A DNA stretch of 61,636 nt, the filler included. It is 5 parts of 5 records of this genome, joined end to end, with 100 filler letters (N's around TTAATTAATTAA, not from the genome) between each part and the next. Parts side by side here need not be neighbours in the genome. Positions count along the whole stretch, not along the records: positions 43,538 to 61,636 come from DRR378314_2669; 4 more parts are not named here. One strand, written 5' to 3'. The notes beneath the pieces were generated by a model. That model ran no database searches. It worked only from the letters and a program-made list of their open reading frames with translations, and was not told the DNA's origin. Position numbers and translations under genes: made by a program. Positions 53,815-61,636 of the stretch are shown in pieces (within the stretch, counting starts at the first letter, position 1; each line of letters begins with the position of its first letter).

Positions 53815-54978
53815 TCAGGCCTCGATGACCGGAATTTCCCATTCAGCGACCGGCGCTGACAGCAGGTCCGGTTCGCCAGTTGTTACAGCCCAGTTGTCTT
53901 CGGCGTTGATAAAGCCAAGTTCGTTCGAGAAGTTCGGATTACAGGCAAAGACGTTGCCCACCTCGAAGGTAATATCCTCGAACGCGGCCAGCGATGGGTA
54001 TTCGGTAGTCTCGATTCCGACACCGTGGCCGACACGGCCCACACCCATGGTCTTGAGACCACGATCATCCAGGTATTTGTCAACAACGCGGATAATGTCA
54101 GCAGGCGTGTTGCCCGCCATCAGCTGCATATTGCAGTCATGGCGCAACTTCATGGCCCAGGTATAGAATTCGGATAATTCCTCCGAGGGCATTCCGACCG
54201 ATGCGGTCCGTGCCAAATCCGACCAGTAGCCACGATAGCTAACGCCAACGTCAAAGCCCAGCGTTTCACCCTTTTGAATCACACGGTCAGTCGGTAGCAG
54301 CACGATGCCTTTTTCATTGGCGCCCGACAGCACGCACAGCAGCGAAATCTTTTCCGCCCCGTTTGCAATCAGGTTTTCCCGCAGAATCTGGGCGACCTCG
54401 TTTTCGGTCATCCCCGCGCGCACCTGGGTAAAGGTCTTTTTCTGCGCTTCAGCCGAAATGATCGAAGCTCGTCGCAGATATTCGATTTCCTGTGGCGATT
54501 TTACGTTGCGCACCTTCAAGATGATGTCGGCGGCATCGACAAACTCGACTTCTGGCACGCCTTTCATGACCTCTTGCAGGCCCAGGTAGGAAATACCCAG
54601 ATACTGTTCGCGGCCGAGTTCACAGCCGATCTTGGCCTTGGACAGGCCGAGGTCTTTCAACACACCGATGATGAACTCGGGGTGGCCCATTAGGCCGCCA
54701 GTGGTACGAATATCGGTGATGAACGAAGTCTGTTCGACCTGCGCAACCTCGAACGGCATGGTGATCAGCGTCGGATCGCCGTCCTTGGGGATGATGACCA
54801 TGTACGAGCGAATCTTGTCGACTGCGCACTGCTCGGACCGGTGGCCCGAGTAGTACTGATAGTTCAGCCGCTCAGTGATCAGCATTGCATCGAGGTTCTT
54901 TTCAGCCATTAGCGTGCGCGTCTTTGCAAAGCGCTGTTCGAATTCTTCACGTGAGAAGTCTGCGTATTGGGGTGCCAT
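53815..54978 (-). CDS. M24 (pita-bread) hydrolase with creatinase-type N-terminal domain
   Basis: FSREEFEQRF, VKSPQEIEYLR, FDVG...SDLART, GHGVG, AEDN. Confidence 0.88.
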   Translation of the reverse strand: MAPQYADFSREEFEQRFAKTRTLMAEKNLDAMLITERLNYQYYSGHRSEQCAVDKIRSYMVIIPKDGDPTLITMPFEVAQVEQTSFITDIRTTGGLMGHPEFIIGVLKDLGLSKAKIGCELGREQYLGISYLGLQEVMKGVPEVEFVDAADIILKVRNVKSPQEIEYLRRASIISAEAQKKTFTQVRAGMTENEVAQILRENLIANGAEKISLLCVLSGANEKGIVLLPTDRVIQKGETLGFDVGVSYRGYWSDLARTASVGMPSEELSEFYTWAMKLRHDCNMQLMAGNTPADIIRVVDKYLDDRGLKTMGVGRVGHGVGIETTEYPSLAAFEDITFEVGNVFACNPNFSNELGFINAEDNWAVTTGEPDLLSAPVAEWEIPVIEA

Positions 54979-55012
54979 AAGAGCCCTGTAATTCTGAGTT
55001 GACGTTGAGATA

Positions 55013-55031
55013 ATACTAGATAATATATTAT
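55013..55031. promoter_or_regulatory. Second copy of the palindromic operator in the divergent promoter region
   Basis: ATACTAGAT-A-ATATATTAT, one mismatch per half-site against 43635-43653; overlaps a TTGCGT-N16-TAGTAT promoter-like arrangement on the minus strand. Confidence 0.75.
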
Positions 55032-55064
55032 TTAACGCAAGGCATTTCTTTAAGGAGTCGCGGG

Positions 55065-55994
55065 ATGAGAGTTTATTCAGATGCGCAGGTGAAGGATGCT
55101 CTTCCGTGGAACGAGCTGATTACGCAACTGCGAGAAGCATTTGCTAATGGCGTGTCGCAACCTTTGCGGACCGCACACACAATCCCGGTTCCCGGTGAGC
55201 CCGGCGCCTCGTTTCTGGCCATGCCCGCCTGGGAAGAAGGCGGTAAGCTGGCAGTAAAAATACTGTTTATCGCTCCCGGGAATTCCGCTCGGAACCTGCC
55301 AGCAGTAAATGCCTCGGTAATGGTGTTTGACGCTGTGACCGGTCAGGCCGAAGCGGCCATGGAAGGTGGTGAATTGACTGCGCGCCGGACGGCAGCGACC
55401 TCGGCACTTGCCGCGGATCTGATGGCTCGCAAAGACGCAAGAAACCTGCTGATCGTCGGTGCTGGCACAATTGCGGATACCCTAATTTCCGCCCACCGTG
55501 CTGTGCGTGACTATGAATCAGTACAGATCTGGGCGCGCCGGCCAGAACAGGCCCAAGCGCTGGCTGCAAAGTTTGATGACAGCGTAACGGCATCCTCCGA
55601 TCTTGATGCAGCTATCCCCGAGGCTGATGTGATCGCCGCCGCTACGATCACCAATGACCCGCTGATCAAGGGCGCGCTTCTGAAAGAGGGCGTGCATCTG
55701 GACCTGGTCGGTGGCTTCACCACCGACATGCGCGAAGCCGACAGTGACGCCCTGAAACGTGCTGCGCGCAGTATCATTGTCGACACTTATGACGGTGCGA
55801 TGGCTGAAGCGGGCGACATCACCCAACCACTGGCCGAAGGCGCTATAACCCGTGAAGACGTCGTCGGGGACATGGCCGAGCTTTGTCGCGGCGAGGCTCA
55901 ACCGCGCACGTCCGATTCACAAATCACTGTTTTCAAATCCGTGGGAGCCGCCATCGAAGATTTTGTGGCCGCTCGCATGACTGCTGCATCCTAA
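55065..55994 (+). CDS. Ornithine cyclodeaminase / mu-crystallin family (cyclic-imine reductase-like)
   Basis: MPAW, LTARRTAATSALA, VGAGT, FKSVGAAIED; AAGGAG RBS. Confidence 0.88.
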   Translation: MRVYSDAQVKDALPWNELITQLREAFANGVSQPLRTAHTIPVPGEPGASFLAMPAWEEGGKLAVKILFIAPGNSARNLPAVNASVMVFDAVTGQAEAAMEGGELTARRTAATSALAADLMARKDARNLLIVGAGTIADTLISAHRAVRDYESVQIWARRPEQAQALAAKFDDSVTASSDLDAAIPEADVIAAATITNDPLIKGALLKEGVHLDLVGGFTTDMREADSDALKRAARSIIVDTYDGAMAEAGDITQPLAEGAITREDVVGDMAELCRGEAQPRTSDSQITVFKSVGAAIEDFVAARMTAAS

Positions 55995-56012
55995 AACCTG
56001 ACTGGAAAGAAA

Positions 56013-57197
56013 ATGACAGAGTTCAGATTCGCACGCCGCTCGGCCATCCTTGGCAAATCGGTTTTCGATCATGCCCCGGGCACGATCGCACTCAACTCCG
56101 GTGCGGCCTACCCGCCCTGCCTGCCTGACGTAGTGCGCGAAGCGACCGAAGCGGTCGGCCCACTGCGCGAAGAGGCCATGCAATATGCACCGTTGATGGG
56201 TCTGGACGACCTGCGCGATGAGATCTGCAACTTCGTGGCTGAGGACGGCATCAAGGCCAACCGTGAAAACGTTTTGGTCACCTATGGATCAAAAAGCGCC
56301 TTTGATCTGGCCCTTCGCACCTTCTGCGAGGTCGGGGATGCGGTGATCGTGACCCGTCCGACCTATATGACCGCCGTGCATATCATGCGTACACACAACG
56401 TCCGCTTTATCGACATCGGTCAGGACGAAGAAGGGTTCTGTGCCGATGAGTTGGAACAGAAACTGCAAAACATGGAAAACAACGCCGAACAGATGCCAAA
56501 GCTGCTGTTCGACGTCCCGGATTTCCACAACCCCACCGGCGTTACGACCTCGCTGGCTCGTCGCAAGAAGATACTGGATCTGGCGCAGCGCTTCAATTTT
56601 GTAATTTGCGAGGACGATCCCTATCGCCGTATCCGGTTTGAAGGTGAGGTGATCCCTTCGATCAAATCCATGGATAGTACCGGGCATGTCATCAGCCTGG
56701 GTACTGTGTCCAAAATCCTGGCCCCCGGGCTGCGCGTGGGCTGGGCCATTGGTGATGCAGGCGTGATCCGCCGCATGGCGATGCAAAAGGCCGATGGCGG
56801 TTCAAACGCGTTTTCCCAGCGGATCGTTGTTCAACTAATGCAGTCGAACAAAATGGCGCATCACATCGACGAGATGATTCACCAGATGCGCATTCACCGC
56901 GACGCGATGATCGCTGCCTTTGCCGAGCACCTTCCCGAAGCCAGGATTCGCGCACCACAGGGCGGGTATTTCCTTTGGGCTAAACTGCCAGAAGGAAGTG
57001 ACGCTGAGCGTCTTGTCGAATTGGGCATCGCCGAAGGTGTCGAAGTGACTTCTGGCCGCCTGAGCTTTCCCAATGACGACCCGGGTCACTTCATCCGTAT
57101 GGCCTACAGCTTCATAACTGTCGACGAAATCAACGAAGGTATCGCCAAACTGGGCGTTGCCTGGCGCAAACTACAATCCAAAGCACAAGCGGCATAA
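56013..57197 (+). CDS. PLP-dependent class I aminotransferase (LysN/MocR-domain type, no HTH)
   Basis: FHNPTG, EDDPY, TVSKILAPGLRVGW (PLP Lys), IRMAYS. Confidence 0.9.
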   Translation: MTEFRFARRSAILGKSVFDHAPGTIALNSGAAYPPCLPDVVREATEAVGPLREEAMQYAPLMGLDDLRDEICNFVAEDGIKANRENVLVTYGSKSAFDLALRTFCEVGDAVIVTRPTYMTAVHIMRTHNVRFIDIGQDEEGFCADELEQKLQNMENNAEQMPKLLFDVPDFHNPTGVTTSLARRKKILDLAQRFNFVICEDDPYRRIRFEGEVIPSIKSMDSTGHVISLGTVSKILAPGLRVGWAIGDAGVIRRMAMQKADGGSNAFSQRIVVQLMQSNKMAHHIDEMIHQMRIHRDAMIAAFAEHLPEARIRAPQGGYFLWAKLPEGSDAERLVELGIAEGVEVTSGRLSFPNDDPGHFIRMAYSFITVDEINEGIAKLGVAWRKLQSKAQAA

Positions 57198-57214
57198 TAA
57201 GAAGGATCATCCCA

Positions 57215-58240
57215 ATGCCCTGCCCCAAAGTAAGCCTCGCCCCCTCCTGCGAGATCGATCTGGACGCCGAAGGTAAGCATCATGGATATGTTCGTATTCA
57301 GTTCAGCTCGGACCGATCTGCCTATGGTTGGCTGCCAATGCCGATCATGTCGATCAAAAACGGTGATGGCCCGGTCGCGGTTGTTATCGGTGCCAACCAC
57401 GGTGACGAATACGAAGGTGTGTCAGTCACAAACGGCCTGTATCAGGAGCTGGAGCCCGGCGATATCAAAGGTCAGATCATATTTCTGCCCGCCGCCAACG
57501 CACCGGCATTCTACGCAGGCCGCCGCACCTCGCCGCTGGATTGGACCGGTGAGGCCAACCTGAACCGGATGTTCCCGGGCAACCAGTATGGCTCGCCCAC
57601 CGAGATGATCGCCTGGTACATCACCAAGCACATTGTGCCACGTGGTGACGCGTTCTTTGACCTGCACTCGGCCGGTAAATCCATCGACCACCATCCGTCG
57701 GTGAAAATCCGCCTGATGAACGATCCTGCCAAGGACGCAATGCAGATGAAATTCCTCGAGCTGTTTGGCGCACCGTTAGGTATTGTTGGCGACCGGGTGC
57801 ACGAGACTACCCTTTCGGGTGAAATCCTGCCGTTGGACAAGATCTATCTGTCGACTGAATTGGGCGGGGCGGGCAAGATCCGACCGTGGATCCGCGATTT
57901 CGCCTGGAACGGCATGAAACGCTGTCTGCGTGAGCTCGGTGTCCTGCAAACTGACGAGGTTCTGCCTGAACCCGAACACAAGGTCGCTCTGAAGGCGATG
58001 CAGACCGGCGATCACTACATCTTCGCCCGCAAGGACGGAATGTTTGAACCCCGTGTCAACCTTGGAGATGTTGTCGAGGACGGTCAATTTGCCGGTTATA
58101 TCTGGAACCTTAAAGAACCATGGGAAAAGCCCGAAGAGCTGTATTTCAACAAGGGTGGCGTGGTCTTCTGCAAACGCACCCCGGCGCTGTGTGAGATCGG
58201 CGATACGCTTTTCTTCACCCTCAGCGACTATGAAGGATAA
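57215..58240 (+). CDS. Aspartoacylase / succinylglutamate desuccinylase family deacylase (DoeB/EutE-like)
   Basis: GANHGDEYEG, NLNRMFPG, DLHSAG, TELGG. Confidence 0.88.
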   Translation: MPCPKVSLAPSCEIDLDAEGKHHGYVRIQFSSDRSAYGWLPMPIMSIKNGDGPVAVVIGANHGDEYEGVSVTNGLYQELEPGDIKGQIIFLPAANAPAFYAGRRTSPLDWTGEANLNRMFPGNQYGSPTEMIAWYITKHIVPRGDAFFDLHSAGKSIDHHPSVKIRLMNDPAKDAMQMKFLELFGAPLGIVGDRVHETTLSGEILPLDKIYLSTELGGAGKIRPWIRDFAWNGMKRCLRELGVLQTDEVLPEPEHKVALKAMQTGDHYIFARKDGMFEPRVNLGDVVEDGQFAGYIWNLKEPWEKPEELYFNKGGVVFCKRTPALCEIGDTLFFTLSDYEG

Positions 58241-58307
58241 CACCTTCACCGATCCCAAGGCACGGTCTCCCTCTCCCTGTTTGCCGTGTCTGAAGGGGCG
58301 CGCAGCG

Positions 58308-59291
58308 ATGCTGCGCGCCTTTGACCCCGCCCTGACCAGTGGAGCCGACTGCGTTTCCAAGAGTTTTGTTTTTCTTTTGTTGCCGGACGCTTCGATGCTG
58401 AGCTTTAGCGCCGTAGTCGAGCCACTGCGCATGGCCAATAAGCTGAGTATGCGCGCGGCTTACGAGTGGCAAACCGTATCGCTGGACGGTGAGCCGCTGC
58501 AATTTTCCAACGGCGAAAACGTGACCGTCAATAGCCGTTGTCACCGGCCTGAGAGGCCCGACTACGCTTTCGTCGTCGCCGGTAGCAAACTGAGCTCAGG
58601 TCAGGAGAAAGCCGCGGCACGCTGGCTGTATAACCGCTATCGTGCCGGCGCACGGGTTGGTTCAGTTGGTGGCGGAGCACACATCATGGCTCGCGCCGGT
58701 TTGCTTGAAGACCGCGACTTTACTCTGCATTGGGAGGATCAGCCCGGTTTCCGCGAAAGGCACCCCTTTCTGTACCCCGTAGACCGCCTGTATTGTGAGG
58801 ATGACAGCGTGATCACATGCGGCGGCGGCATGGCGGCTGCGGATCTGACTCTGCATTTGATCGAGCACGATTTTGGCCGAGAATTTGCCATGTCCGTATC
58901 CGAATTGTGTGTTCATATTGGACTCCGGCAAGGTGAGGAGAGTCCAAAAAATTCGATGTCCATGATGCTTGGGTCGCGGAACCCACACTTGATAACCGCC
59001 GCCCGGATCATGTCGGACAATTTGAAAGACATTCTACCGATAGACCTAATCGCTCGCAATTCGGGCATGTCTCGCCAGCAGCTGGAGCGGTTGTTCAAAA
59101 CCTACACAAGCCGATCACCGGCATGTTTTTATCGTGATCTGCGGCTGGAGCGTGGCCGCCAGCTGTTGCGCGACACCGATTACAAGGTCATCGCCATTTC
59201 TGCTGCCTGCGGCTTTTCCAGTGCGACGAGTTTTTCACGCAATTTTCGAAGAAAATTCGGCTTTTGCCCTATCCAGTCAAGAAAGGTGTAA
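58308..59291 (+). CDS. GlxA-family AraC regulator (DJ-1-like domain plus HTH)
   Basis: VEPLRMANK, TLHWE, TCGGG, SRQQLERLF, ACGFSSATSFSR; start uncertain (58230 or 58308). Confidence 0.88.
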   Translation: MLRAFDPALTSGADCVSKSFVFLLLPDASMLSFSAVVEPLRMANKLSMRAAYEWQTVSLDGEPLQFSNGENVTVNSRCHRPERPDYAFVVAGSKLSSGQEKAAARWLYNRYRAGARVGSVGGGAHIMARAGLLEDRDFTLHWEDQPGFRERHPFLYPVDRLYCEDDSVITCGGGMAAADLTLHLIEHDFGREFAMSVSELCVHIGLRQGEESPKNSMSMMLGSRNPHLITAARIMSDNLKDILPIDLIARNSGMSRQQLERLFKTYTSRSPACFYRDLRLERGRQLLRDTDYKVIAISAACGFSSATSFSRNFRRKFGFCPIQSRKV

Positions 59292-59375
59292 CCCCTGACA
59301 CAACCCCTTCCATCCATACCGCAGATCACGGGTCGGACCGCCGAACATAGCCAGAAGGCCACCGAAAAGGCGGCG

Positions 59376-59840
59376 TTGTTTCTGGCGGATGACAAATTTG
59401 AAGACTGGTCTGGATTGCTAGCGTTGATGCGCCGGGCATTTTCACTGCACATCGGGAAAGTCGACCCGCCCAATACGGCGTTGGACTGCACGGAACGGGA
59501 CCTGGTTATAAAAGCCAGACAAGAGGCGCTGCTTTTGGCCTTTTCAGGGTCCAAACTGGTTGGTTGTATGTTCATGCGTAAGCTGCACAGCGCGCTCATT
59601 CTCAACCGGTTTTCAATTCTACCTGAAATGCATGGCTCTGGTCTGGCGCGCCTTATGATGGCCAAAGCAGAGCGGTATGCAATGGCAAACTGCCTGCACG
59701 AGCTGGCACTGGAAACACGCGTTGAGTTACGCACAAATCAAGAGAAATTTGGGACTTTTGGATTTAAGATCGTCAGCGGCCGTATACATAAGGGTTTTTG
59801 TAAAGTGACTACGTTGAAAATGACAAAGGTACTACGCTAG
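59376..59840 (+). CDS. GNAT-family acetyltransferase, possibly degenerate
   Basis: PEMHGSGLARLMM, LETRVEL; only a TTG start without an obvious RBS. Confidence 0.6.
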   Translation: MFLADDKFEDWSGLLALMRRAFSLHIGKVDPPNTALDCTERDLVIKARQEALLLAFSGSKLVGCMFMRKLHSALILNRFSILPEMHGSGLARLMMAKAERYAMANCLHELALETRVELRTNQEKFGTFGFKIVSGRIHKGFCKVTTLKMTKVLR

Positions 59841-60066
59841 CAAAATAAGGAGAAGCCAATTGGAGATGTTTGACTTCGAACTTTTGAAACATGGATCACA
59901 GGAGCGTGCCTTCGCTACGTCTGAAATAAGCTGCAGAATGTTGATTGCCACGGCACTGTTACTGTCTGCACTAATGCTTCTCATACCGTTGGCTCTTTTC
60001 ATCTGAATCGATCCTCTGTGGTGTCCAGGGAACAGAGAATGAGGAGATGTCAGGGTAATTGTCACT

Positions 60067-61522
60067 GGGAGTGGAAAAATCTTGGGGACCTAAATTGATC
60101 TCGGTCTATCCTGATGTCTTTGTCGCAGGAGGATTAGGTGTGAAAGTTCGGATCAGGATTGAAACGGAGTTTGGGTGGAGCGAGTGCCGGTCCCATGAGA
60201 TTGGCGTCATTGAGCGGTGTTCTATCGATCCGTCGGATGACGGCCTTGATATCAGCCTCGCTGAGGGCAAATCGATCTTGAAAGAAGTCCAGCGTGCTGT
60301 TCTCCAGGATCAAGTGGAAGAAATCAGCGAAGTCGCGCGGGCAGGCCGTCACTGCCATTCGTATTTGCCTGTGCATGATCGTCGTAAGCGACGTATCGAT
60401 ACTCATTTCGGTCGTGTGACTGTCGAAGCGCCTCGGGTCCGGATGTGTATGTCCGGCTTCCCGGGCTTTCCTGCGTTCAAGGCAGCGTATTCTCCGCTCA
60501 CGCAGATTTTGAAAGACAATGCCACACCCGAATTTAGGAGGCTTCAAGCCGAGCTGGGTGCCCGGCATAGTTTTCGGGAAGCCGCGCGTCTGTTGAACGA
60601 GCTCACACCTTTGAGCCACCCAAAACCACGCAACGATCCGGAACCGGCTTGCGTCGGTTGCCAAGGCCCTTGAAGATCGCAGTTGCGAGGAACCGACGGA
60701 TACGGCCATTCAAGCAAAACCTACCGAGGTGACGGTCTTTCTGGACAGCGCATATGTTCGTTCACGCCTCGAATATCAAAGGCGAAATTTCGAAGTCATT
60801 GTGGGATCAATTGAAAGCGAAACAGCTGAAAAACGGCGGTTTGGATTGAGCCAGATGGGTGCCGATCACCCGATTGAACACCTGCGGTCCAGCCTGAAAG
60901 CCGCTGGTTGGGAGGATGGCGTTGCAGTCACTGTTCTTTCTGATGGGGATCCCACGCTGCCTCAATTGGTCAGAAACGCAACGGGTGCCGATGTTCGTCA
61001 CATTCTTGATTGGTGGCATCTATCGGCACGCATCCGACATGTGGAGACAACATTTCAAACGCTGGCATCACACACCGGAACTGAAAGTAGCGCAGAGATT
61101 GCTGCCCTTGTTGAGATACTTCGCTGGCGCATATGGCATGGTCAGACAGACCGAGCACGCGATACGCATGACGTCTTGTTCCGCTTCGCAATGCGCGTGC
61201 GCGAACACACCCATGGTCAGTCAAACGATGAGGCGCGCTCGGTCGCCTCACGCGCAATGAATCTGAGAACATACTTGAGCCACAACCTGTCAGCCATCGC
61301 GAAATACGGGCGAAGACGTCAGCAAGGGAAAGCAGTCTCAACGTCAAGGGCAGAAGGCCTCGTAAATAGAGATCGCCAATGTGCGCATGGGAAAGAAACA
61401 TCGCATGAGATGGTCCCCAAGAGGCGCGCACCGGGTTGCGGTTGTCAGGGCTGCCCTCTTGGATGGAAGGCTTTCACTATGGCTACTTAGGGCGGCATAA
61501 TCCCCAAAGCTTTTCCACTCCC
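60067..61522 (+). mobile_element. ISKra4-family (IS256-related) insertion sequence
   Basis: 22-bp terminal inverted repeats: GGGAGTGGAAAAATCTTGGGGA (60067-60088) and TCCCCAAAGCTTTTCCACTCCC (61501-61522), 19/22 matching; no flanking direct repeat visible. Confidence 0.85.
60140..61500 (+). pseudogene. ISKra4-type DDE transposase with two frameshifts
   Basis: GTG start after GGAGGA. Frame change near 60615-60625 (continues NHATIRNR...FLDSAY...LSDG...LDWWHL...RAEGLVN) and near 61367 (continues EIANVRMGKKHRMRWS). Confidence 0.8.
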
Positions 61523-61636
61523 CAGTATGAAAATTAAGAATACAAAACACCATTGATTTTGCAGGACAATTTCAAACAAGATTCCGATTAAATAGGGTAC
61601 AGTGACATCCGCTTCGGCTACTCTGGACGGCATTGA

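Noticed and set aside
56013-57197. EnuR (MocR-type regulator)
   Set aside because: No N-terminal winged-helix domain; at 394 aa it fits a stand-alone aminotransferase.
48964-58240. Canonical ectoine/hydroxyectoine utilisation cluster
   Set aside because: eutB, asnC, enuR and the class III transaminase are missing, and the SBP and M24 signature residues differ.
60600-60730. Programmed ribosomal frameshift in the transposase
   Set aside because: No canonical slippery heptamer, and a second frameshift downstream indicates decay.

Overview
This window is not one locus. It is five unrelated contigs joined by artificial 100-nt spacers (44 N + TTAATTAATTAA + 44 N), so adjacency across a spacer means nothing. 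(1) 1-5036 is intron-rich eukaryotic DNA carrying two partial spliced genes that I reconstructed by hand: a cytoplasmic dynein-1 intermediate chain and an ascorbate-peroxidase-type class I heme peroxidase. (2) 5137-21488 is a Rhodobacteraceae-type core-metabolism region (ccr, ecm, hns, deoD, sdhCDAB, mdh). (3) 21589-30350 is a Rhodobacteraceae-type region (ABC-F, olsB-like, bamE, yceD-rpmF-plsX-fabH-ihfA, MerR, partial tRNA-Pro). (4) 30451-43437 is gammaproteobacterial, probably Marinobacter-like, and includes a cupredoxin / c-di-GMP phosphodiesterase / DUF3034 / lipoprotein truncated-globin operon plus coxBA. (5) 43538-61636 is an alphaproteobacterial catabolic island and the best candidate for an undescribed system. 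It uses ectoine-utilisation-like parts (Ehu-type ABC transporter with two binding proteins, EutA-like racemase, M24 hydrolase, DoeB/EutE-like deacylase, OCD-family enzyme). It lacks eutB, asnC, enuR and the class-III DABA transaminase, and adds an amidase, a GMC oxidoreductase, an ALDH and a class I aminotransferase. Both binding pockets appear remodelled, and a shared 19-bp palindromic operator ties the three transcription units together. A decayed ISKra4-type element ends the contig. All family assignments come from motif recognition; no database search was run.
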